A stretch of 64,000 bases of DNA from an uncultured delta proteobacterium (GTDB lineage Bacteria > Myxococcota > Myxococcia > Myxococcales > Anaeromyxobacteraceae): NCBI GenBank assembly GCA_963845515.1, contig CAWJSR010000028.1, positions 1-64,000 of the forward strand, read 5' to 3'. Position 1 is the first letter of the stretch; each line of letters begins with the position of its first letter. A model generated the notes under the pieces. The model searched no databases. It had not been told where the DNA came from and worked only from the letters and a program-made list of their open reading frames with translations. A program made the position numbers and the translations under genes. This document shows positions 51,224 to 61,423 of the stretch, one piece after another.

Positions 51224-51302
51224 CCCATCCCTCGCCCCCGCCCCGCGGGGGAGAGGGGAGGGTGAGGGGCTTTGATTGTCCGCCCCGCGGGGGAGAGGGG
51301 AT
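51224..51302. repeat. REP-like palindromes downstream of recA
   Basis: CCCTCGCCCCCGCCCCGCGGGGGAGAGGGGAGGGTGAGGGG plus a second CCCCGCGGGGGAGAGGGG. Confidence 0.75.
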
Positions 51303-51312
51303 TCGGCACCCG

Positions 51313-52404
<1,092 letters not shown>

Positions 52405-52507
52405 GTCGCTCTCACTTTCCTTGCGGGGGGCGCCTCGGGCGTCCCCGGCTCTTCGTGGTTTCGAGGTGTCTCTAATACCGCTCCCCCCTGACAGCCGGAG
52501 GGTGACA

Positions 52508-52524
52508 CCTGAACAAATGGATAC
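52508..52524 (-). promoter_or_regulatory. Candidate LexA (SOS) box in the recA promoter
   Basis: Minus strand GTATCCATTTGTTCAGG matches 15/17 positions of the Myxococcus LexA consensus as recalled (CTRHAMRYBYGTTCAGS); TTGACG -35-like hexamer at 52546-52541. Confidence 0.6.
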
Positions 52525-52584
52525 TGAACGGGAGAGCGGGCGTCAAGGATTACGCCGGGAGGGGCGGCGTCCATCGTCGAGCGG

Positions 52585-52971
52585 TCAGCGCGTCGTCGCC
52601 GCGCCTCCGAGGAGCACCTCGTCAACCGTCTCGCGCAGGTAGCGCGCGCCGACGAAGCCGACGACCCGCTCCACCTCGCGCCCCTTCCTGAAGAAGAGGA
52701 CGGTGGGCGTTCCCATCACGCCGTGGCGGGCGGCCGTCCGGGCCGCCTCGGCGGCGTTCAGCTCGGCCACCTTCACGCGCCCATCGTAGGCGCTCGCGAG
52801 GTCCATGATGATCGGCTCGAGCATGCGGCACGGGCCGCAGCCCGGGCTCCAGACGTCGACGACGACCGGGAGCTCCGAGCGGAGCACCTCGGCGCTGAAG
52901 TTCGCGTCGTCCACGTGCGTCGGCTGAATCTTCGGCTTGCCTGGCCCGAAGAGGCTGGAGAGCAGTCCCAT
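52585..52971 (-). CDS. Thioredoxin family protein
   Basis: VDVWSPGCGPC, GVMGTPT. Confidence 0.92.
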   Translation of the reverse strand: MGLLSSLFGPGKPKIQPTHVDDANFSAEVLRSELPVVVDVWSPGCGPCRMLEPIIMDLASAYDGRVKVAELNAAEAARTAARHGVMGTPTVLFFRKGREVERVVGFVGARYLRETVDEVLLGGAATTR

Positions 52972-53047
52972 GCCGGTGAGAGCCGGGGGGGCCGCCGTGG
53001 TTTCGCGCCGCGCCGCAACCTTTTCCCCGCCTCGGGCTCCCACCCCC

Positions 53048-54214
53048 ATGGCAAAGAACGCACTCGTCCTGGGCGGCGGCTTCGCGGGGCTGGAGAGCGC
53101 GATCCAGCTCCGGAAGGCCGGGCTCGACGTCACGCTCGTCTCGAATCGCCCGTACCTCTTCATCTACCCGACGTCGATCTGGGTCGCGACGGGGGAGACG
53201 CCGTTCGGGGAGGTCTGCCTCGACCTCGCCGACCTCGCCCGGCGCCACGGCTTCAGGTTCGTCGAGGGGGCCGTGGAGGCCATCTCCGGGGCCCGCCGCG
53301 CCGCGACGGTGGGCGGCAGGGAGCTCACGGCCGACCATCTGGTGATCGCCATCGGCGGGGAGCGGCTGAAGCCGAAGGGGGTGGAGCACACCCACTCGCT
53401 CGGCGGCGATCCCGGCAACGTCGAGCGGTTCCGGGCCGCGCTCGAGCTGCTCCTCGCCCGCGGGCGCGGGAGGATCGCGATGGGGTTCGGCGGGAACCCG
53501 AGGGATCCTTCGGCGGTGCGCGGCGGCCCCGCGTTCGAGCTGATGTTCAACGTCGACGGGCTGCTCCGCCGGCGCGGGGTGCGCGATCGGTTCGAGCTCA
53601 CCTTCTTCGCGCCGATGGCGAGCCCCGGCGAGCGGATGGGGAAGAAGGCGGCCGGCTCGATCCAGGCGATGCTGGGCCAGGCCGAGGTCGCGGTGCGCTT
53701 CGGCAAGAAGATCGCGGCCTTCGCGCCGGACGCGGTCCTCTTCGAGGACGGCTCGCGCCTCGGGTCGGACCTGGTGATGTTCCTCCCTGCCGGCGAGGGG
53801 CACCCCGCCGTCAAGGGGTCCGACCTCCCGACGAACGACGCTGGCTTCGTGGCCTGCGACCCGGGCTGCGCGGTGCCGGGGCTGCCGGGCGTCTGGGCCG
53901 TCGGCGACGCCGCCGCGCTGCAGGGGCCGGACTGGCGCGCCAAGCAGGGTCACGTCGCCGAGGTGATGGCGCGTGTCGCGGCGGCGAACATCGCGGCGCA
54001 GGAGGCGGGCGAGCCCGAGCGCCAGAGCTACCTCCCGCACCTCGGGATCACCTGCCTGCTCGACATGGGGAACGGCGCCGCGTACGTGCACCGCGACGAC
54101 GCGACGGAGCGGATGATCCCGCTCCCCGTGGTCGGCCACTGGCTGAAGAAGGGCTGGGGCGCCTACTACAAGCTCTCGAAGAAGAGGGTCGTCCCGCGCA
54201 TCCCCGGGATGTGA
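53048..54214 (+). CDS. Sulfide:quinone oxidoreductase-family FAD oxidoreductase
   Basis: GGGFAG, GGPAFE, GDAA, AKQGH, ITCLLDMG. Confidence 0.8.
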   Translation: MAKNALVLGGGFAGLESAIQLRKAGLDVTLVSNRPYLFIYPTSIWVATGETPFGEVCLDLADLARRHGFRFVEGAVEAISGARRAATVGGRELTADHLVIAIGGERLKPKGVEHTHSLGGDPGNVERFRAALELLLARGRGRIAMGFGGNPRDPSAVRGGPAFELMFNVDGLLRRRGVRDRFELTFFAPMASPGERMGKKAAGSIQAMLGQAEVAVRFGKKIAAFAPDAVLFEDGSRLGSDLVMFLPAGEGHPAVKGSDLPTNDAGFVACDPGCAVPGLPGVWAVGDAAALQGPDWRAKQGHVAEVMARVAAANIAAQEAGEPERQSYLPHLGITCLLDMGNGAAYVHRDDATERMIPLPVVGHWLKKGWGAYYKLSKKRVVPRIPGM

Positions 54215-54224
54215 GGAGGGGCCG

Positions 54225-54821
54225 CTAGGCCTTCGCGCCGCCGCCGGACACGAGGCCGGCCGGCTCCATCCCCAGCCGGCGGACTGCCTCCTCCCACCGA
54301 TCCTCCAGCGGCAGGGCGAGGGCGAGATCCTCTGCGAGCGCGAGCGGGATCCACGAGCCCTGCGTCACCTCCACCTCCACCTGGAGCGGTCCCCACCCGG
54401 CGTAGCCGAGCAGGAGCAGGTATGGGCCGGCGTCGGGCGTGCGCGCGAGCTTCTCCAGGAGCGCGCGCGACCCGCCGAGCGCGACACCCGGGCAGAGCAG
54501 CTCTCCGTCCTCTTCGGGCGGCGCCGACCCGGGGCGGTGCAGGATCCAGAGCCGCTCGGGATCCACCGGTCCGCCGAGCAGGACCTGCCCGCCGTCGCGC
54601 CCCGCCTTCGCGGCCGCTTCGCCGAGCTCCTCGCTCACGGTGGTGAGCAGGTCCCGGACGGTGAGCGGCGAGGGGCGGTTCACGACGAGCCCGAACGCCC
54701 CTTCCAGCGAGTGCTCCGCCATCAGGACCAGCGAGCTGCGGAAGTTGGGATCGTTCAGCGCCGGTGAGGCCACGAGGAAGCCCGGCGCGAGCCCGCTGGT
54801 GCTGCGGTCCTCTCCCGTCAT
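54225..54821 (-). CDS. YqgE/AlgH (UPF0301) family protein
   Basis: LVASPALNDPNF, GLVVNRP, GGPV, LGYAGWGP.Q.E.E. Confidence 0.93.
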   Translation of the reverse strand: MTGEDRSTSGLAPGFLVASPALNDPNFRSSLVLMAEHSLEGAFGLVVNRPSPLTVRDLLTTVSEELGEAAAKAGRDGGQVLLGGPVDPERLWILHRPGSAPPEEDGELLCPGVALGGSRALLEKLARTPDAGPYLLLLGYAGWGPLQVEVEVTQGSWIPLALAEDLALALPLEDRWEEAVRRLGMEPAGLVSGGGAKA

Positions 54822-55124
54822 GGCGCGCCTCCGCGTCCGTGGAGTGCAGGTAGTGCCAGTGCGCCCCCATCTTCCCCCGGAGCGCAGCCCGAAGACCAGC
54901 GCGCTCCGCAAAGCACCGATTCCGGGCACCGACCGCAATGCCGGCACGCGGCTGCCTCCCCGTGCACGGTCCCGGTCCCGGCGCTCCCACCGCGGTTCCG
55001 CAGCCCCCACCACCGGGCGAAATCGGCCCGATTCCACCGTCGATACGCGCGCTTGTGGAGGTCCACGCCCTCACCCTTCCCGCGGACCCCGCTTTCTGCT
55101 TTGCTCCGCCGCCGATCCCCCCCT

Positions 55125-57029
55125 ATGAGCCACGACGTCAATCGAGCGCCCCCCAGTGGAAAGGCGCTGCTCACGCTGTCGCTCGGCGCCCTCGGCGTCG
55201 TGTACGGCGACATCGGCACGAGCCCGCTCTACGCCCTCAAGGAGTGCTTCAGCGGCACGCACGCGGTCTTCGTCTCGCCCGAGAACGTGCTCGGCGTCCT
55301 GTCGCTCGTCTTCTGGGCGCTCGCCTTCGTCGTGACCTTCAAGTACCTCGTCCTCGTGATGCGGGCCGACAACCGCGGGGAGGGCGGGATCCTCGCCCTG
55401 ATGGCGCTGGTCGGTAAGTACGAGGCGACGAAGCGCGGCCGCAAGCTCCTGCTGCTGATGGGCCTCTTCGGGGCCGCGCTGCTCTACGGCGACGGCGTCA
55501 TCACCCCGGCGATCTCGGTCCTCTCGGCGGTCGAGGGCGTCGTGGTCGCGGCGCCAGCGCTCGACCGGTTCGTGGTCCCCGCGACCGTCCTCATCCTGGT
55601 GGGGCTCTTCCTCATCCAGAAGCGCGGCACCGCGGTCGTCGGCGCGGTCTTCGGGCCGATCATGCTGGTCTGGTTCGCGACCATCGCCGTCCTCGGAGTG
55701 CGCGGGATCCTCCACGATCCGTCGGTGCTCCGCGCCGTCTGGCCCGGCTACGCGGTCCGCTTCTTCCTGGAGAACCGCGGCCACGGCTTCCTGGTCCTCG
55801 GGGCCGTGGTGCTGGTCATCACCGGCGGCGAGGCGCTCTACGCGGACATGGGCCACTTCGGGCGGCGCCCGATCCGCCTGGCGTGGCTCGGGCTCGCGAT
55901 GCCCGCGCTGCTCCTCAACTACTTCGGCCAGGGGGCGATCCTGCTGCACGACCCAGGCGTCGCCGAGAACCCGTTCTTCAAGCTCGCCCCGGCCTGGTTC
56001 GTGTATCCGCTGGTGGCGATCGCGACGGCCGCGACCATCGTCGCTTCGCAGGCCCTCATCTCGGGCGCCTTCTCGCTGACTCGCCAGGCGATCCAGCTCG
56101 GCTACTGCCCACGCCTCAAGATCCGCCACACCTCGACCACCGAGATCGGCCAGATCTTCGTCCCCGAGGTGAACGCCGCGATCGGCGCGGCCACCATCGC
56201 GCTGGTGCTCGGCTTCAAGTCCTCGTCGGCCCTCGCCGCTGCTTACGGCATCGCGGTCACGGGGACGATGATGATCACGACCCTCCTCTTCCACCGCGTC
56301 ATGCGCGACCTCTGGACCTGGCGGCGCTGGAAGGCCTGGCCGATCACGGTCCTCCTGATGGCCGTGGACGTCGCCTTCTTCGGGGCCAACGTCGTGAAGA
56401 TCGAGGAGGGCGGCTGGGTCCCGCTCGCGATGGCGGTGGCGGTGTACACGCTCCTCACCACCTGGAAGCGCGGGCGCGACGCGCTGGGAGACGCGCTGCG
56501 CGGGGCGTCGCTGCCGCTCGAGCTCTTCCTGCCGGACCTGGCGAAGAAGAAGCCCGTCCGTGTCCCGGGCACCGCCGTGTTCATGACCTCCAACCTCGGG
56601 GTCGTCCCGGCGGTGCTCCTGCACCACCTCAAGCACAACAAGGTCCTGCACGAGCGGGTCGTGCTCGTCTCGATCCTCACCGAGGAGGTGCCGGCGGTGC
56701 CGGAGCGAGAGCGCGTCGTCTCCGACTCGCTCGGCGAGGGGTTCTACAAGGTCGTCGCGCACTACGGCTTCATGGAGACGCCGGACGTCCCGAAGCTGCT
56801 CGCGTCGCTGCCGGGTCGCCCGCCGCCCAACGTGGCCATCCCGATGAGCCCGATGGAGACGACCTTCTACCTCGGGCGGGAGACGCTGCTGCCGACCGGC
56901 CCCGCGAAGCTCTGGCGCTGGCGCAAGCGGCTCTTCATCATCATGGCCCGCAACGCGGCCACGGCCGGCGGCTTCTTCGGCCTCCCGCCGAACCGCGTCG
57001 TCGAGATGGGCGCGCAGATCCAGCTGTAG
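55125..57029 (+). CDS. kup: Potassium uptake transporter Kup
   Basis: GVVYGDIGTSPLY, ADNRGEGG, EALYADMGHFG. Confidence 0.97.
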   Translation: MSHDVNRAPPSGKALLTLSLGALGVVYGDIGTSPLYALKECFSGTHAVFVSPENVLGVLSLVFWALAFVVTFKYLVLVMRADNRGEGGILALMALVGKYEATKRGRKLLLLMGLFGAALLYGDGVITPAISVLSAVEGVVVAAPALDRFVVPATVLILVGLFLIQKRGTAVVGAVFGPIMLVWFATIAVLGVRGILHDPSVLRAVWPGYAVRFFLENRGHGFLVLGAVVLVITGGEALYADMGHFGRRPIRLAWLGLAMPALLLNYFGQGAILLHDPGVAENPFFKLAPAWFVYPLVAIATAATIVASQALISGAFSLTRQAIQLGYCPRLKIRHTSTTEIGQIFVPEVNAAIGAATIALVLGFKSSSALAAAYGIAVTGTMMITTLLFHRVMRDLWTWRRWKAWPITVLLMAVDVAFFGANVVKIEEGGWVPLAMAVAVYTLLTTWKRGRDALGDALRGASLPLELFLPDLAKKKPVRVPGTAVFMTSNLGVVPAVLLHHLKHNKVLHERVVLVSILTEEVPAVPERERVVSDSLGEGFYKVVAHYGFMETPDVPKLLASLPGRPPPNVAIPMSPMETTFYLGRETLLPTGPAKLWRWRKRLFIIMARNAATAGGFFGLPPNRVVEMGAQIQL

Positions 57030-57071
57030 CCGCCGCGCGCGCCGCGGATCCCGCGGGGGGAGGACCTGGAC

Positions 57072-58621
57072 GTGTCGACACGCCTCAACGCCGCCCTCGC
57101 AGGGCTCCTCGCGATCGGAGCGGTCCAGCCGGCGCTCGCCGAAGAGCCCTCCGCCCCGCTCGCGCCCCTGCCCGCGAGCCAGGCGTCTCCGCCCGAGCGA
57201 GGCGGGGCCAGCATCGGAGGTCGCCCGCTTCATCACCGGCGGGGTCGACCCCGACGATCATCGCTACGAGCCGCGGAAGCTCCGGCTGCGGCTCCCCGAG
57301 CTGGCGGAGCTCCCGACGGAACCCCGCGAGCAGCAGCTGGCTCATCCCGCTGGGTGAGAAGCTGCTCGCCGACGCCGTCACCTGGTCGGTCGCGCGGGCG
57401 TGGGGCGAGGAGTGGACCCACGTCACGCTCGACACCATGGGCGACAACCTGCGCGGCCCGTGGACGTTCGACCCGAACGACTTCGCGACGAACCAGTTCG
57501 GCCATCCGTACCACGGGCACCTCGCCTTCTCCGGGATGCGCGCTGCGGGGTACGGGTTCTGGGAGTCCGTCCCGTTCCCGATCGTGATGAGCACGCTCTG
57601 GGAGCTCTTCGCGGAGACCGAGCCCCCGTCGATCAACGACGCCATCACGACGCCAGTCGGCGGGACCTTCCTCGGCGAGGTGCTCTTCCGGCTCTCCAGC
57701 ATGGTGCTCGACGGCGGTGGGCTGCGGCCGGGCGCGGCGCGCCTGTGGGCCGCTGGGCTCATCTCCCCGCCCGTCGGCCTCACCCGCGCCTTCACTGGAA
57801 ACCGCTACCGGACCCGCTCGGAGGAGCGGATCCCGGCGTCGCTGGAGCTGCGGCTGGGCGGGAGCTTCAGCGGCAGCGCCTACTCCTCGGGGTCGCGCTG
57901 GGCGACCGGCGGGCTCGTCTCCGGCACCATCCAGGTGACGCACGGGCTGCCGGTCGGCGACTGGAAGCTCCGCAAGCCGTTCGATCACTTCGACTTCGAG
58001 GGGTCGGTGGTCGCGAGCGCCGACGAGCCCTGGCTGGTGCTCCAGGTGCGTGGGCTGCTCCACGGTGGCGACTACGGCGGCGGCGCCTCGCGCGGCTTCT
58101 GGGGGCTCTGGGGGCTGTACGACATGACCACCCTGCAGCCCTTCCGCGTGTCGACCAGCGGCCTGGGGTTCGGGACCACCGGCCAGTGGGCCGCCTCGAG
58201 CGGCGTCGCGCTGCAGGGTACGGCGCTGATCGCGGCGGGCTTCGGCGCCGCCGGTGCGCGGGAGGCCTCCGCGCTGACGCCCAACTACCACTACGGCCTC
58301 GGTGCCCACGCCATCCTCGACGCCAGGATCATCGCGGCGGATCGAGGGACCGTCCGGCTCGCGCTGCGCGAGTACTACGTCGGCGGCTGGGTCTCGCCGG
58401 AGTCGCGCGGCGACGAGCACGTGGCCTACGCGACCTTCGGCGCGACGCTCCGGGTGATCGGTCACCACGCGGTCGGGCTCGACATCACGCGGGCGCGCCG
58501 CTGGGCGGGGTTCCCGGATCGCCCGGACACGTTCAGCAGCTTCTCGCAGGCCGTCGCCTACTACGCCTACGTGAGCGACAAGACCATGGGCTCGGGACTC
58601 CAGATAATCCCGGGTCGGTGA
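57072..58621 (+). CDS. DUF3943-domain outer-membrane protein (frameshifts in 57220-57340)
   Basis: Signal peptide; FDPNDFATNQFGHPYHG, STLWELFAETEPPSIND.ITTP.GG.FLGE. Confidence 0.8.
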
Positions 58622-58664
58622 TCCGGTTGACGCCAACGCCCCGGGAGGGTACGCATCGACGATC

Positions 58665-60251
58665 ATGCGGACTCGACTCGTCGGCGCCGTGGTCGCGCTC
58701 TTCCTCTGCGCGGCCCCCCACACAACCACGAAGGCCGCTGACGAGGGGTGCACCGTCTCCGGGTGTCACGTCGACCCGAAGTACGCGCTCTCGCACCGCA
58801 CGACGATCGCTGAGCGTGGGCGCTGCCTCGTCTGCCACGAGCCGCACGCGCCCGGCCAGAAGAGCGCGCTGAAGATCACCGAGAAGGTCTTCTGCGCGAA
58901 GTGCCACAAGAAGCTCCCCGAGGCCCACTCCGGCTACCCGATCGAGGAGCAGCGCTGCAGCAGGTGCCACGTGTCGCACGCGCCCAACAGCAGGAAGCGG
59001 CTGGGGAGCGCCGTGCACGAGGTCGCGAGCGACTGTTCCTCCTGCCACCTCCAGGCGAACGGGCCGACCCCGTTCAAGCTCCAGAAGGCCGATCCCGCCC
59101 TCTGCTTCGACTGTCACTCCGACGTGGAGAAGAGGATCAAGGGGAAGGGAGCCCACCCCGCGGTGAGCGACGGCACCTGCACGACGTGCCACTCGCCACA
59201 CGCGAGCTGGGAGCAGGGGATGCTGCTCGCGCCGCAGGCGAAGCTCTGCGCCGAGTGCCACGCGAACGTCGGCGAGCAGGCCAAGGCCGACGGCGTGCAC
59301 GCGCCGGTGAAGGAGGGGAAGTGCACCGCGTGCCACGACCCCCACGAGTCGCCCAACCCGAAGCTCTACCGGGGCGGGGGGCTCAAGACCTGCGGCGGCT
59401 GCCACACCGAGGTCAGCGCCTGGTTCGGCCAGAAGAGCGTCCACGTCGCGGTCCGCAGGGGTGAGTGCCTCTCCTGCCACGAGCCGCACGTGGGCAAGCA
59501 GCACCTCCTCCGCAAGGACGTGAACGGCGCGTGCCTCGGCTGCCACGCCGAGCTCAAGAAGCGGCTCGACGCTCCGGGGGCAGTGGTCCACGCGGTCGTC
59601 CCGGACGACTGCGGCAACTGTCACCGCCCCCACTCGAGCGGCGAGCAGTCGCTGCTGAAGCGCTCGGCGCCGGCGCTCTGCCTGGAGTGCCACGACGCGA
59701 CGACGGCGGAGATCGTCAAGACGCACGGCGGCTACGCCTTCCAGGCGAGCAACTGCCTCGGCTGCCACGATCCGCACGTCGGCAAGAAGGGGCTCATGCG
59801 CGGCGAGGAGCACATGCCCTTCGGCGGCAAGATGTGCGAGTCGTGTCACTACCCGCCTGCGACGCCGCCGGTCTACCCGGTGCAGAAGCCGGGCGGCCTG
59901 AAGAACTGCACCGACTGCCACGACTTCTCGGGCGTGCAGCAGGTGGCGAAGCCGCACGACCCCGTGAAGAAGGGCGAGTGCTGGCAGTGCCACGTCCCGC
60001 ACGCCGCCTCGCGCCCGCACCTCCTCAACGAGACGTCGACGAAGCTCTGCACGCGGTGCCACGACCCGTTCGCCGGCGCCGCGAAGGAGGCCCACGAGAT
60101 GGTCAAGGCCGGGCCCGACTGCACGGGCTGCCACCTGGCGCACGAGCCGTCGAAGATCAGGGAGGCGCCACCTCCCCCGCCGCCGCCCGCCGCCGCGAAG
60201 AAGGGCGGCCAGGGGCCGGCCGCGAAGGGGAAGCCCCCGAAGAAGAAGTAG
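58665..60251 (+). CDS. Periplasmic multiheme cytochrome c (paired CxxCH repeats, about 20 hemes)
   Basis: Signal peptide; 19 CxxCH plus one CX4CH (CTVSGCH); recurring CxxCH.PH; Pro/Lys tail. Confidence 0.93.
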   Translation: MRTRLVGAVVALFLCAAPHTTTKAADEGCTVSGCHVDPKYALSHRTTIAERGRCLVCHEPHAPGQKSALKITEKVFCAKCHKKLPEAHSGYPIEEQRCSRCHVSHAPNSRKRLGSAVHEVASDCSSCHLQANGPTPFKLQKADPALCFDCHSDVEKRIKGKGAHPAVSDGTCTTCHSPHASWEQGMLLAPQAKLCAECHANVGEQAKADGVHAPVKEGKCTACHDPHESPNPKLYRGGGLKTCGGCHTEVSAWFGQKSVHVAVRRGECLSCHEPHVGKQHLLRKDVNGACLGCHAELKKRLDAPGAVVHAVVPDDCGNCHRPHSSGEQSLLKRSAPALCLECHDATTAEIVKTHGGYAFQASNCLGCHDPHVGKKGLMRGEEHMPFGGKMCESCHYPPATPPVYPVQKPGGLKNCTDCHDFSGVQQVAKPHDPVKKGECWQCHVPHAASRPHLLNETSTKLCTRCHDPFAGAAKEAHEMVKAGPDCTGCHLAHEPSKIREAPPPPPPPAAAKKGGQGPAAKGKPPKKK

Positions 60252-60330
60252 CAGGGCGGCCGTCTCCCTCCTGCCCCCAGTCCGTGCGGAAAGCTGTGCA
60301 TGCCCGTTGCTTAGGGTATGGGTAGCCTTC

Positions 60331-61386
60331 ATGCGTGGTGAAGCCTTCGCACGTCAACTGAAGCTCCTCGCGCTGCTCGAGGTGCGGCGCGACGGCGTCG
60401 AGCCCGAAGAGGCCGCGGCGGAGCTGGGAACGCAGCGCCGCACCGTCTACCGCGACTTTCGGGTGCTCGAGGACGCAGGGTTCCCTCTCACCTCGGCGCG
60501 CGACGGCCGGCGGGCTCGGTGGCGGATGGTGGAGGGCTATCGGCATCGCCTCCAACTCACGCTGAGCTGGAGCGAGCTGGTCGCGCTGATGACCGCCAGG
60601 CAGGTCGTGTCGGGGCTCGCTGGGACGATGCTGCACGACGGGGCGGTGAGCGCGCTGGAGAAGATTCGAGCCACGCTGCCGAAGGGGCTGGCCGACCGCT
60701 TCCGGGCCTCGGAGCGGCTGGTGAGCGCGCCCGAGAGCGGCCGCGACTACCGCGCGCGGGGCGAGATCGTACGCCGGCTGGTCGAGGCGATCGACGCGCG
60801 GGAGACCGTCCTGGCGCGCTACCGATCGCGCGGGGCGAAGAGCAGGCGGCGAGGCGAGGAGCGCAGGCTCGACCCTTACCACCTGCGGGCGGCCGAGGAA
60901 GGGCTGTACCTGCTCGCGCGCTGCCACCGCAGCGGGGAGGTGAAGCTCTTCCTGGCCGATCGGTTCGACAGCGTGCGCCCCACGGAGGACCGCTTCGCGC
61001 CGCCGGACGGCTTCAGCGCTGAGCAGTTGCTCAGGCCCAGGTTCGGGATGTGGAGCGGACGGCCGCGGAAGGTGCGCTTCACAGTCGCGACCGGGCTCGC
61101 CGACCTGTTGATGGAGCGCAAGGTGCACCCGACCCAGGTGGCGCAGCGGCGGAGCGACGGGAGCGTGGAGGTGCGGCTCGAGGTCGCGCTGGTGCCGCCG
61201 CTCGTCGCTTACCTGACCGGGCTAGGCGCCTCAGTGAGCGAGCTCGAGCCGGCGGAGCTGCGCGCTGCGGTGTTGCGGGAGCACCGGGAAGCACTTGCGG
61301 GGCTTGAGAGCCACGGGAAGGTGGCTCGTTCCCCGCCGCGACGGTCTGCGGGAGGCGTGACCTCTCGTGACACAGGTGGCGTGTAG
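60331..61386 (+). CDS. WYL-domain transcriptional regulator (HTH-WYL-WCX)
   Basis: HTH AAELGTQRRTVYRDFRVLEDAG; WYL region LDPYHL...LYLLARCH...LFLADR; C-terminal HPTQ...LEPAELR. Confidence 0.92.
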   Translation: MRGEAFARQLKLLALLEVRRDGVEPEEAAAELGTQRRTVYRDFRVLEDAGFPLTSARDGRRARWRMVEGYRHRLQLTLSWSELVALMTARQVVSGLAGTMLHDGAVSALEKIRATLPKGLADRFRASERLVSAPESGRDYRARGEIVRRLVEAIDARETVLARYRSRGAKSRRRGEERRLDPYHLRAAEEGLYLLARCHRSGEVKLFLADRFDSVRPTEDRFAPPDGFSAEQLLRPRFGMWSGRPRKVRFTVATGLADLLMERKVHPTQVAQRRSDGSVEVRLEVALVPPLVAYLTGLGASVSELEPAELRAAVLREHREALAGLESHGKVARSPPRRSAGGVTSRDTGGV

Positions 61387-61389
61387 GGT
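61357..61389 (+). promoter_or_regulatory. Candidate WYL operator plus -10 element upstream of the DUF1016/cas genes
   Basis: Imperfect inverted repeat GTGAC-N7-GACAC (61357-61373), then TAGGGT (61384-61389) 10 nt later. Confidence 0.4.
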
Positions 61390-61423
61390 GCGTCGTGTGA
61401 GGCTGAGCGTGAAAGGGGAGGGG

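Noticed and set aside
54830..55120. c-di-AMP (ydaO) riboswitch upstream of kup
   Set aside because: Conserved GCTGAATC and CCGTCAGCTAACC elements were not found.
60252..60330. Integration site or att repeat at the island boundary
   Set aside because: No tRNA, integrase or identifiable direct repeat; the other boundary is outside the window.
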